Source: Azolla caroliniana (taxonomy: Eukaryota; Plantae; Polypodiophyta). Taken from it: 64,000 nt of DNA. The position numbers and the translations under genes were made by a program. Shown one piece after another: positions 12,921 through 24,800 of the stretch. The notes under the pieces were generated by a model. The model worked only from the letters and a program-made list of their open reading frames with translations, ran no database searches and was not told where the DNA came from. Every line of letters starts with the position of its first letter. Within the stretch, counting starts at the first letter, position 1. Where the stretch lies: assembly GCA_043228905.1 (NCBI GenBank), contig JBHGNT010000005.1, positions 24,304,001 to 24,368,000 on the forward strand. Reading direction: 5' to 3'.

Positions 12921-15900
12921 ACATATTCGTAAATATGTTTCTGAGTGTCCATCGAGGCTATACTTGTAAATAGCCGAAAAGTCATATTACTATAAATATG
13001 ACTTAGGGCAAACTTTTAGTGAGTTGTTGTTGTTCATTTTCTTGTTGGTGCAAGAAAAGAGAGTCTGTGTGTAACTGTACAGAGAGAGAGAGAGAGAAAG
13101 AGAAAGAGGTCGTTGCCTCTGTTGTAACCGCCGCCTGTGGCGAAGATCTGTGAGCACGAGGTCGGTGCCTCAGTGAACTCACGGTTGTATATTCTTACAT
13201 AGTGACAGTTTGCAGCCTGTGGGCTACCGTGGTTTTTCCCCTAGTTTGGGGTTTTCCACATGAACCTCCTGTGTATCTACCTCTTCTTCTTGTCGTGTTT
13301 TATTTCCCGTTTTCTGTGTATGATCCTAAGCTCGGTTGTGGCCGAGCGTTGCGTATAGGGAGCGTTGAGTTCCCGTCAAGAGGTTTCCTACCTATGGTAC
13401 ACGTGTGGGGTTTCTCCGAGGTGTCCGGACTATCGCAGCCCCACGCCTTGATAGCCCTCTCTAAAAATCCCCTCGGCTTTTGCCGCCGAGGGTCTTGCGG
13501 TTGTGCTTGTGGTTCGGTCGCACCGTCAGAAATTGGACGGATTGTCGCCCATCTTGACTCTTCACGCGTGCATACGCCGAACCATTATCCAGCACCTTCA
13601 TCTCCATGCGTGCTACCGTAATGTACAGTTCTCCGAGTATCACCAGATGTAAGGATGTCTCTTGCACGAAGAAGTGTTAGTCTCTCGACATCACCGATTT
13701 TCACCCATACATTGGGGCAGGCCCCGTGTAGCTCCTCCATGGCGCGCGTCGCCGCTTGTATTTTCCACCCGTGCTTTGTGTTGATTGGCCACTTTCCCTT
13801 CTTGTAAAAGTCCCTAGACATCAGGTTGATCTCTGAACCGTGGTCTACCAATGCCACCACCGGCTCCCGGACGTCTCCGATCCGAACAGGGGTCTCCGTA
13901 GTGGCTCTAGCCCAATGCAACTTCGAATAGTGGTTTTCTGCCAACTCGTCTTCAATGGCCATGTCTTCTAGGTGCGTCGTTCGCACCTCCATCGGCTTCT
14001 CCGGCTCTAGATCTGTTGAAGGTCTTTTTCGCTTCATTGGGTCTACGATGGAGTCATGGAATTCTTTCTTGGTGATCCCAAGCACCTCCCTCAGCGACAA
14101 CTTCACCTTGTTGTCGAGGATTTGTTCCTCAAGGACCTTCCGCATGTCCGTCGTCCTTTCTATCTTGGTGCTTAACCGGTAACCGGCTTTCTTTGTTTTA
14201 TCCAGTGCACCGGTAGCACCGACATCATTCTGCTTCGGCCCGAACCGGGTCTCGTACCACTGCGAGGGTCCAGCCCCTCCAGCCTTTCCCGCACGTTTAT
14301 CTTCTACCAGAACCTCGTAGTTCTGGCACGTGGCTTCCATGAAGCCGTTTTTTTCTTCCACCAGATCGTTCCACCCGGTGACCTCCCGGACCCGTCTTTC
14401 CGCACGGTCTGCTTCCTCCCTTCTCAGCCGCACTCCGGTGAGGCGTTCTAGCACCACCGGCGAGAACCCGGAGTCTTTCGTCTTTCGGCCTTCGTCACTC
14501 CTAACCCGGATTCTTGCCGATGCCGAGTAGTGGATGGTCTCCGCGTGGCATGCTGTCGTTTCTTCCATCAGCCTCTTCATTCCTGCTCGTCCGATATTCA
14601 ATTCTAGGGCTCTCCGGGTCTCGCTAGCGTGCACCCTTCTGTTCCATAGGTACACCATGTTAGCCCTTATTGCTTCCGCCAAGTCCACACAGTCCTTCCG
14701 GGCATGACCGACCGTGTCAGACCATAAGCACCAATGCGCACCCGGAGGCCTTCGGTCGCGAGGCTGCTCACCACCGTCCCTCCTTGCTTGTGCAATCTGG
14801 AGGTCTCGTACCATCTGCGTCAGTTCTTCCAGAGCCGCTCCGCCGGACGAGCCCTTGACCACGCCGGTCGAAGTCGAGCATGTCTCAAGCCAATCCCGGG
14901 TTTCCTCTTTGCGCGCTGGCGGGGGTCCCCCGAGGTTTCTTGCCGCAACCGCTCCTGCCCCTGACGTGCCCTTGTTGACCCACTCATGTCATTTGTCAAA
15001 CCAGCCGCAGACCCCTTTAACCACAGCCCAGTCGGCCGTCAGCCCATTGTCCGTCTCCAGCAAGAGACCCACTTGCTCCCGATCCCGCACGTCCACAGCT
15101 TTGACGAATAAAAGGACACGGCTCGTGTCCAATATGGTCTTATCTAGAGCCGAAAGTCATGCGAAGCGTTCCTCAAACTCCCGGAGGAGCACCGACACAT
15201 TCCTCCCCTTTCCTAGGGTCTCCATCCAATCCATAAAGTCCTGCTTCGATAACCGAAGCGTGTCATCAAGCCTGTACCGCTCGAGGAGCCGCGCTTCGAA
15301 TTCTCCCCAGGTTCGGCATCCAGCATGCACCTCAAACACCTCTACGTGGATGCCCGATGTCGCTACCCGAGGGAACCCACCCATGCGCCTTTCCTCCAGG
15401 ATGTCCCTCATCACCATTTCAGCCCGGTAGGCCACCAAATAACTCGTTGTGTCCTTCCCATCGAACCGGCCTATTGTGCTGACAATTGCTTCAGTGGCCC
15501 TGTCGAGGGCGACCGTGCCCTCGCGAGCGCTTACTATCCGATCGACTGCTGCCGCCATGGCTTCGGCGAGCTCTAACCCCCTCATCCTCGATTACTCTGC
15601 CGCCTTGTTTCACATCGGGTTCACCAAATTATGTCGTGTTATTCAGCACGCGCAGGAGAAACCAAGGCGGGACCGGGGGGACCTTGAACCGAGGAATAAC
15701 CGAATAGAGGGAGGAGCACTACGAAACCACGGCCGAGCCGCACACACAGATACACAAAGAACTCACAAACAAGGTTGGACAACGAATAAGGCAAATGTAT
15801 ATATGTATATATGTATATATGTATATATGACCAAAATTACAGCCGGCTAGCCGATAAGTGCCAACTCGTTGACACTAACTCACACAACGCAGGCGACAAC

Positions 15901-16298
15901 AAGAGATGGAGCCTCTGCCAGAAGCGCTCGGGCTTTCCACGAAACAGAGGCAGCCTCCCAACCTACAGAGAACGATGAAAGACAAAGGAGAAGAGCTCGG
16001 TTTCAGTCCGACAACACTTAGTCCTCGAAAACGCAATCCCCCATTCACCCCCTTTTCCTCTCCTTTTATAGCACAAGGAGAGAGAGTCGTTACAGATTGT
16101 TACATCACTTTTATTCTTTGTCCTTCCAGACAGAGATCCTCTTCGATTCCCTACTTAACAAATTCGTGCTACCTAGGATAATTACATCGCCGACCTGTAC
16201 TTAACTATGTAAATACATCAAAACATGTGCCCGTGTGTAAGGGACGGTTCACGCACACTATCCACTGATTCCTCCTAGGGACCGGTTTCTCCACGACA

Positions 16299-16646
16299 GC
16301 GTGTTTAGGGAGAACGAAGTGTTGTCAAACTGGGAACCGAGCACCCGCTCTCTGCCTCCTGATTCGTTTTGTTACCATGGACGGCTTTGCTCGCGCAGGA
16401 AGCCCGTGTGCTCCCGTCAGAGGCTCCATGTTGTATCTTGGTGTGTGAGTGTGTGCGTTGTTCGCTGAGCTTGTAACTCAGCCCCGAGTGAGCCAGTTGT
16501 AATTACTCTATTTCCCTAATTAATCGTTGGTACCCGTCTTGTTGATAATCATGTGTTGTTTCTCTTCTTTTCCTTCTTGTACTCCTTGGTCCAAGGCCTC
16601 TATGGTTCCGCCTTTGTTTCGCATGCACACATGTAAATACGTGACA
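16299..16646 (+). mobile_element. 3' half of a Trp-group Gypsy LTR (solo or truncated)
   Basis: Shares family LTR motifs (AGGCTCCAT, GGTTCCGCCTTTGTTTC), ends GTGACA and is followed by CCGT. Confidence 0.75.
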
Positions 16647-17997
16647 CCGTGCACATAGTATCCCACCGTCCGCACATCACAACCCATATCCGTTGACGTG
16701 ATCGACAATCGGGTTCTCTCTTCGGGGGTGGTTACTAAAGCCACTATCCCGTTGCTACTTCAAGTCGGGGCACACCAGGAGGAACTCACGTTCTACCTAA
16801 TCGCAACCCCACGACATCCGATTGTGTTGGGACTATCTTGGTTGGAGACACACAATCCGACAGTGGATTGGTGTAACCTCTCCATCAGTTTTCCAGTAAG
16901 GCCAATTCTTGCTGGGTCACGACACTCTCTTGATTCCGTTGTGGTCGAGTCTGGTTTGGTCGCTACACTGGCCGTTGTGTCGGGGGACGTCACCGTTCCT
17001 ATAAAAAATTTACCCGTCTGATATAGCGGCTTTTCCGACATCTTCGAAAAGAGGAATGCCGATCGGTTACCAACTCATCGCCCCTACCGGCTCATCTATG
17101 GGTTATCTGAATCTGAACTTGAGGCTCTCCGCACATATTTGAATCTGAACATGAGGCTTCATTCAACCCTCCAAATCACCAGCCGGGGCACCAATCTCAA
17201 CAAGAAGGATGGCTCCTTACGCTTATGTGGGGATTATCGGGGTCTCAACAAAGTTATGGTGTGTAATCGTTAACCCCCTGCCCTTACTTCCAATGCTCCT
17301 CGATCGACTCCGAACTGGGCATATCTTCTCCAAAATCGACCTTTGGGGCGCCTACAATTTGGTGCGCATCAAGCCTGGGGGCGAGTGGAAAACGACCTTT
17401 CAAACGCGCTATGGACATTTCGAGTACAAAGTGATGCCATTCGGCCTTACCAACGCTCCAGCCGTCTTCCAGCACGTGATGAATGATATTTTTCGAGAGT
17501 ATCTCAATCATTTCGTGGTCATCTACCTTGAGAACATCCTAGTTTTTTCTTCCAACTAGGAGGAGCACACACACCACGTCCGTCTGGTTCCCACCAAACT
17601 CCGGGAATATGGGCTTTTCGCCAAAAGTGAGAAATGTGAATTCGATAGGACCTCTATCAAATTTCTGGGTTACATGATCTGACCTACCGGGATCACAATG
17701 GATGAATGCAAGGTAGCAGCAATCACTGATTGGCCTCTCCCGACTTGGCTAAAAGAGGTACACTCGTTTCTTGGTTTTGCAAATTTTTATAGATGAGTTC
17801 TCTTCCCTAGTCCAACCTCTCATCCAACTTACGCGGAAAGATACTCCATTTCTTTGGACCCCTGCGGCACACAATGCTTTGAAAACCCTCAAAGCAACTT
17901 TTCTCTCTGCCCCCGTGTTAGTCCACCCTGACCCCACCCACCCTTTCCAGGTTGAAACCGACGCCTCCAACATTGCCATAGGTGTGGTCTTGTCTTA
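16647..17997 (+). pseudogene. Tcn1-like chromoviral pol fragment (protease, RT, start of RNase H)
   Basis: HPIVLGLSWLETHNPTVDW; [16 protein letters not shown]; [21 protein letters not shown]; FQVETDAS. Probably the same element as 3084-3737. Confidence 0.88.
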
Positions 17998-18243
17998 GCT
18001 TGTGTAGTATCTTCTCGCAGTCGGAGATGTGGTCCGCGACAAACCTCTGACATCTGTTCGATCCGACCGATCCATCCTTCGTTTCCTCCAGACATCCCTT
18101 GATCGGGATGTCGTCCAAGAACGGCATGTTGATGTCCAGGATGCAGTCCCTCAGCACCTTGTTCATTGCCTTCACCATGTGTGCCACTGAGTTGGTCCCT
18201 CCTTGTGGCAGGGTACACATCCGAACTAAGTCGAGAGGGGTTC
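17998..18243 (-). mobile_element. Trp-group Gypsy RT fragment
   Basis: MCTLPQGGTNSVAHMV...PFLDDIPIKGC. Confidence 0.88.
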
Positions 18244-18435
18244 ACAGAAGTCATTACGTATCTGGACATAGATCAATTGGTATCCAAATAAGCCGACATG
18301 TCTGAATCAGTACAACCTTCCAATATGGGGTTACTTGAGCCGAATCAAAGGCACACGCTCTAGGTACCAAAGTATCTATTTCACTGTAACCCAATGCTCT
18401 CTTCCAGGATTGCTCATATACCAACTGATGACTGT
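18244..18435 (-). mobile_element. Copia RT/RNase H junction fragment
   Basis: Minus strand reads YMSNPGREHW...LEGCTDSDMSAYLDT. Confidence 0.75.
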
Positions 18436-18480
18436 CAGGAATAGTACTAAGACAGAGAGCGAATTAGTACTAGAGATGAG

Positions 18481-21410
18481 TGTTGAGAAATCGATGCGGA
18501 ATAGATCACAATGAACAAGCTACGGGCTGAAATACGATTTACAGAAATGCTAGAAAGACAAGATGAACAATGGTGCATAGGGATTTACGTGGAAACCCTA
18601 AAACGGGGAAAACCACGAGTGGAAAGAATCTTCACTATACAAAGTGGATATACAACACTCTGTCGAGTGCATCAGCCGCACAGGGCTCTTCGCGTCTGTT
18701 GTTTCACACACAGCTATGGCGTGGCTCACACACACTCTCTCTCTCACTCTCTCTCTGCACACTACGACTTCTGTACACTCTATTCTTACACGCTAACACA
18801 CAAACTGAAAGTTTGCCCTAGTTGCATATGTACTTACGCAACTTTCTAGTTATTTACATACGTAGCCCTCGTGGAGCGCACACTTAGACTATTTACAAGT
18901 ATAGTCCCTCATCAACTCGGCTCCTCGACTGTCCGCTTTCCTAACGGTCAGATCTTCCTCCCACTGGAGGGACATATTCCCAACAAACTCCCCCTTCACC
19001 CCTGTGGGAGAAAATTTGTCAATCCTGTATTCTGTCGGCAGACTCTGAGTCTGTCCATAGGTAGGTTCTTCGTCAGCATGTTGGATCCATTGTCGTCAGT
19101 ATGGATCTTCTCAAGAGCAAATTCTCCTTCTTCGACTCTCTCTCAACCAATGATACCTTCTCTATATGTGCTTTGTTCGGGAGTGATATGCCGCGTTCTT
19201 GGCTAGATGTATGGCGCTTTGGCTGTCACAATGAAGCAAGAACTCCTTTTGCTTCATGCCTAATTCAGTGAGAAAATTTCTCATCCAGATCGGCTCTTTT
19301 CCGGCTTCTACCACTGCCATATACTCTGCCTCTATAGTCAACAAGGCTACAGACTTCTGCATTCGTGACTGCCACAACACTGCTCCCCCTGCATAGGTCA
19401 TCATGTACCTTGACGTGGATCAGCTTGAGTCGACATCTCCTAACATGTCCGAATCGATAAAACCTTCCAGCACAGGTTTTCACACCCCCGAGGTGCCCTT
19501 TAAGTAACCGAGTATCCATTTCACCGATGCCCAGTGTTCTCTCCCTGGATTACTCATATATTGGCTTACTGCTCCCACAGGAAATGTTATGTTCGGTCTC
19601 GTACAGACCATAGCATACATTAGACTACCGACGGCTGAGACATATGGTACCTTCTTCATCTCACCCTTTTCCTTCTGCCCTTTTGGACACTGCTTCGCAT
19701 TTAATCTGCAATTTGTCGGCAACACGGAGACGACCGGATTTGCATTCGGCATGTTGAACCTCTCTAGGATCTTTGTCACATACTTCTGTTGTGACAACCA
19801 TACTATCTTCCGAGCTCTGTCTCAGGTTATGTGCATTCCTAGGATTTGCTTTGCCGGACCAAGGTCTTTCATGGCAAATGATTTGTCGAGAGCTTTCTTC
19901 AAGCTTCCAATCTTCCTTGTGTCTTGACCGACTATCAACATATCATCAACATATAGCAAGAGAATCAAGAAATCTCCTTCCTCGTACCTTTTGAAGAACA
20001 CATAGTGATCGGCCTGTGTTTTCTAGAACCGATGTTCTATCATGAAGGACTTGAATTTCTTGTACCATTGGTGTGGAGCTTGTTTCAATCCGTACAAGCT
20101 TTTCCTCAATCGACACACCAGATTCTCTTTCCCTTTTTCCTCAAAACCTTCGGGTTGCTGAATGTAGATTTCTTCTTCTAGCTCCCCGTGTAGAAATGCG
20201 GTTTTGACATCCAACTATTCAATCTCCAGATCCATGTGGGCCGCTATGCTCAGAACAGTTTGAATCGATGTCATCTTCACGACTGGTGCGAATATTTTGT
20301 CAAAGTCGACGCCCTTCTTCTGTTGGAAACCCTTCACCACTATGCGAGCTTTATACCTGGGCTCGTTGTCGACTTCTCCAGTCTTCACCTTGTAGACCCA
20401 TTTATTCCTGAGTGCTCTCTTACCTTTCAGCAACTCTACTAGGTTGTCGGTGTAATTCGCGTGCAAGGATTCCATCTCCTCTTGCATCACGTTCAGCCAC
20501 TTTTCTCTACTCTCATCGGCAGTGGCTTCTTCATAGCACTCAGGTTCACCATCATCAATCAAGAGGATGTATTGACTGGCATATGTAATCAGTGCCTTCC
20601 TTTCTCTAAGTGGGTATCTTCGTCCACTCGTTGTTGGCTCTTTCTGGATGTCTCTGCCAACTCTTCTCTTTGCTCGGGATTCTGCTCATCAATCGGCATC
20701 TCTAGGTTGGACAGCTCCATCTCATATTCCTCGATTGATTTTAGCAAGTCTGTCAACTCTGATTCATAGTCTATCGGCCTTTCTGAGTCGACCGACTTAG
20801 ATTCGGCTCTATCGGCCAACTGTCTCCTTACAGCTGTCAGTGACGACTCACTTGGCCTTAAGTCGATGGTAGTCGAGGTTGACTGGGGAGTCGGTTCCGA
20901 CTTCTGTTGCTTCCAGTCTTCAATTGTCTTGTCTTCTAGAAAGACTACATCCCGACTTCTCACTACCTTCTTGTCGACTAAGTCCCACAACCTGTAGCCG
21001 AACTCATCTTCCGAGTATCCCATGAATATGCATGCTTTCGACTTGTTGTCGAGCTTTGACCTCTAATCCTTTGGTACATGCATATACGCCAAACATCCAA
21101 ACACCCTCAGGTATTGGTAGGAGACATCCTTTCCTATCCACACCCTTCGTGGGACATCACCCTTTAGAGGTACTGAGGGAGACTTGTTGATCAGATAAAC
21201 AATTGTGTACATCGCCTCAGCCCAATACGATTTCGGCAATTTCGCATGAGAGAGCATGCTCCTCACTCTCTCCATGATCGTTCGATTCATCCTCTCTGCA
21301 AGCCCGTTCAACTCTGGGGTCTTTGGCACTGTGTATTCGATTCGAATACCTTGGCACTTGCAGTATTCCTCAAACTGCCCTCTTGACTCGCCACCGTTGT
21401 CGGTTCGGAC
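18481..21410 (-). mobile_element. 5'-truncated Tork-like Copia (integrase, RT, RNase H, 3' LTR)
   Basis: 3' LTR 18481-18985 (TG..CA) with adjacent PPT; ORFs contain [23 protein letters not shown] and YHSRTKHI. Confidence 0.92.
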
Positions 21411-21834
21411 TCCCCCCCGCTTTGATTTCTTCACATCAAATCCACGCATTCTCTCTATGTGTATAGGACTTTACAATACCCTTTAATTCCTACTACCTAG
21501 TACATACCAGTCCTATGCTATTTACATTATGTTTGTACAAGTTTCTTGGTTCGTGTGTATCGGTGCACACATCCATTCGCGCGCGCTTGGCCTCACTTCT
21601 ATTTATGGCCGGAATCCTTCACAACATCCACCCCCACCAAACCGCACACCCTCCAACATGTGCCAAGTAATGTAGCGGTGGATTCCGGCCCAGTCCTTAC
21701 TCTTCCTTTGATCCTTTAGTAATCTGGTCTTCATCCGGCTCCTTGCTTTCGCCTTTCTCCCTATCATCGATCTCCGAGTCTGGTTCTGCTTCGTGCCGTT
21801 TCTTGAAGGCCTTTATCCTTTTCCCCGCAACCGG
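21411..21834 (-). mobile_element. 3' end of another Trp-group Gypsy (integrase tail, PPT, LTR remnant)
   Basis: PVAGKRIKAFKKRHE; PPT 21627-21638; LTR begins TGTTGTGAAGG at 21626. Confidence 0.85.
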
Positions 21835-24800
21835 TGTCGCGTTGTTACGCGCGTGCGTGTAGAAAGAGGCGGGACCACGGGGGTCTCGGACCAAGGAGAG
21901 AGATAGATAGATAGATTATATTATCGTCTTCGGAGGTCAAATATGACCTATGAGAACAGGAATCTGATTACTATAGTTAATAGCTTACAACCGGCAACCT
22001 GGTGATGGACCCGACACGGGGTCCTTCTCACGCACACCGACGACAGCCACACGGCTCGAAGAAACAAAAGGGAAAAGGGGGAAGGAGAGAGATTCTGCTG
22101 GAAGCACACGGGCTGTCCACGAAGCAGAGGCAGGGAACTCCTGACACCCGCAGAGAACGACGATTGGAGGAGAGAGAGAGAGCTCGACACTCGGTTCTGC
22201 AGCAGCACTTCGTCCTCGCCAACGCGCGATCCCCTCTCTCCCTTCTCTCCTCTCCTTAAAATAGTTCCCAAAAAGGGTGCGCTCTCTCCCTAGTCAAATC
22301 GCTTTATTCCCTATCCCTTTTGACAGAGATACGCACAATCCCCTAATAAATGTGTACTACTTAGCATTTACATCAGCCGATCCATTTATGAATCAATATC
22401 AAAATATCAATTCATGCGTCCATCCGTGTAATAGCCGGTTCATGCGCCTTTTTGTCCGATTCCGCCTATGGCCAGTTTTCTTCACGACATCCACCCCCAC
22501 CAAACCGCGCATCCACCGGCATGCGCCAGAGACGGCAGATACCGAAGAAAACTGGCTTCACTCGTCGGTCTCCGATTCTCCGCCGGGCCCGAACTGATCG
22601 TCGTCGTCGCTCCCGCCCGCAGGCTCCGGCTCGTCTTCGAACCGCTTCTTCAACGCTTTGATGCGCTTCCCGGCCACCGGCACCGCTAACTGTGTCCCGT
22701 CGAGTTCTGCGAGGTGGTACGTGCAGTTGTCGTTCACGCTCGTCACCGTGTAGGGCCCGAACCACCTCCTAGCAAACTTTCGCACCGCCTTGTGCTGATT
22801 GTCGAGGCTACTGTCGTACACCAAGACCCAGTCGCCTTCCTCGATCCTCTTTGGTCGCAACCAGTGTGTCCGGTTGAACCGGGCCTTGTTCCGCTCCCTT
22901 GCCGCCACAGCTTTTCCTTCGCCCTTTTCACGTCCTCTGGCCTCCACTCGAGTTGCCGAATTCGCGCCGCCAGCAACTCCTCCCGACTCATCTCGTCCTT
23001 CCAATCTACCGCCGCCCATGAAGAAACCATCTGTTCCACCGGCGTGATCGGCTTCTGTCCGTACATCAGCTATGCCGGCATAAACCCTGTCACCGAACTG
23101 TGCGTAGTTCGGTCCGCCCATAGTGCGTAAGGAAGGAGCCGCGATCAATTCCTGACCTGCCCTCTGCATGCACGCACCAACGCCTTTACGATCGGCCCGT
23201 GCCCACGTTCTACCTTCCCGTTCGCCTCCGGATTGTATGGCGTAGTGAGGGAGAGTTTGACCCCTAGCCGGTCGAACAACTCCTCAGCTTCCCGCGCATC
23301 CAGCTCTCCCCAGTCCGCCATGATCCTCCCGACGCACCCATATCGACACACTACCTCTTCGATCAGGAACCGGCATACCGCCGCGGTTGTCTTGTTCTGC
23401 AGTGCATGGCCTTCCACCTGGTTCGTTAAGTCTTCCCGTGCAAGCAGCAGGTATCGCATCTGTCCTACTCCCATCGGCATCGTCACCAAGTCCACCATCC
23501 ATTTGAAATGGACCGCAGGCGGGTAAGTCGGGTGTAGCTCTTCCCGATGTCAGACTATGGAGAGCATCTGACAACTTTCACAAGTCGTTACGAACCGATG
23601 CACGACCTAGTACAGCCCCGGCCACCAGTTCTTCTCCACGTTCCGCGGTGTCCGGCCCAGGGACTCTCGTGAAATGCCGCCAGCAGTTCCTCCTGTTCTT
23701 CTTTCTTTGCCACTACTCGGAGCAGGATGTCGTTTCTCTTTTTTGGGTGCCTCCATATGCACTCCCGTACTCGGCTCGCCTCTTCTCTCGTCCATGCTGT
23801 GTCCGGCGTCATCGTTCGTAGGAACCTCCCAATTTGGAGCCAGTCCCCATCGTACCTTCTTTCGTCAAATTTGTTAAGCGCCGGAGCGTCCCCTTTCCTC
23901 GTCGTCACGTTAGCCGACCCGAAGAAGTCCTCCCCGACTTCTTCATCATCCAAAACCATGTCGTCTTCGTCGTTGAACCTCGCTCTCGAAAGCATGTCGG
24001 CCATGGTGTTATCCTTTTCGGAGATGTGCCGTATCTCCGAGTTCAGGGACTTAATGTACGCTATCCACCGGAGCATTGCTAGGTTTGGTGTCGCGCATCC
24101 GAAAACCATGCCGAGTATCGGTAGGAAGTTCGTCTCGATGATCACCTCCGTCCCAATCAGATAGTCCTTGTCGGCCTTGACTGCAGAAACGATACCCCAA
24201 AGCTCTCGCTTAACTTGGGCGTATCCTCGCTGCCACTCGCTCAATACCTTCACCCCGAACCGGATCGGGAATCGCACGCCATCCTTGTCCCCCTGACTGA
24301 TTACCCACCCAATCCGGGTCGGGCTCGTGTCCACCATCACGTAAATGGGGACATCCCTGCCATAAACCACTTTACGGAGAATCGGCGCTACCGTAAGCAC
24401 CTCCTATAGTCTCTGTACCGACTCCGTGTGCTCTGTCCTCCACTCAAAGCTACGCCCCTTTTTCAATAGTCCATAGAGGGGTTCCACGACATGTGCGTAG
24501 TGCGGGATCCAGATATGGTAAAACGTGCATGCTCCCAAGAATCTGCGGACCTCCGTGACCGACCCGCAATTGTCCCTCCTCACTGAGATGGCCTCTACCT
24601 TTGCTGGAGATGGTTTCCCAAGATCTCCGACTGCCCGAACGCCGATTTTTCTCCGGAGAAGGTGAGTCGTGCGTTTTCGAGCCTCTGCAGCACCTTCTCG
24701 CAGTCGTTGATGTGGTTCACAAAGAACCTCTGGCATCCGTCTGCCCCGACAGTCTCATCCGCGTCATCCATTGGACACCCCTTTATCGGGATGTCGTCCA

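Larger units (their letters stand above)
8108..13381 (+). mobile_element. Near full-length Tork/Tnt1-like Copia element with two LTRs
   Basis: LTRs 8108-8677 and 12703-13380; PBS (tRNA-iMet) at 8678; PPT GAAGGGGGAG 12691-12700; flanks GGTTT at 8103-8107 and 13382-13386. Confidence 0.95.
4621..16298 (-). mobile_element. Degenerate Trp-primed Gypsy element G1, interrupted by Copia 8108-13381
   Basis: 5' LTR 15632-16298; PBS 15610-15626; gag-PR (ALVDHGSEINLM); RT (QGGTNSVAHM...PFLDD); RNase H; integrase (WFGPY); PPT 4711-4722; 3' LTR remnant 4621-4710. Confidence 0.93.
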
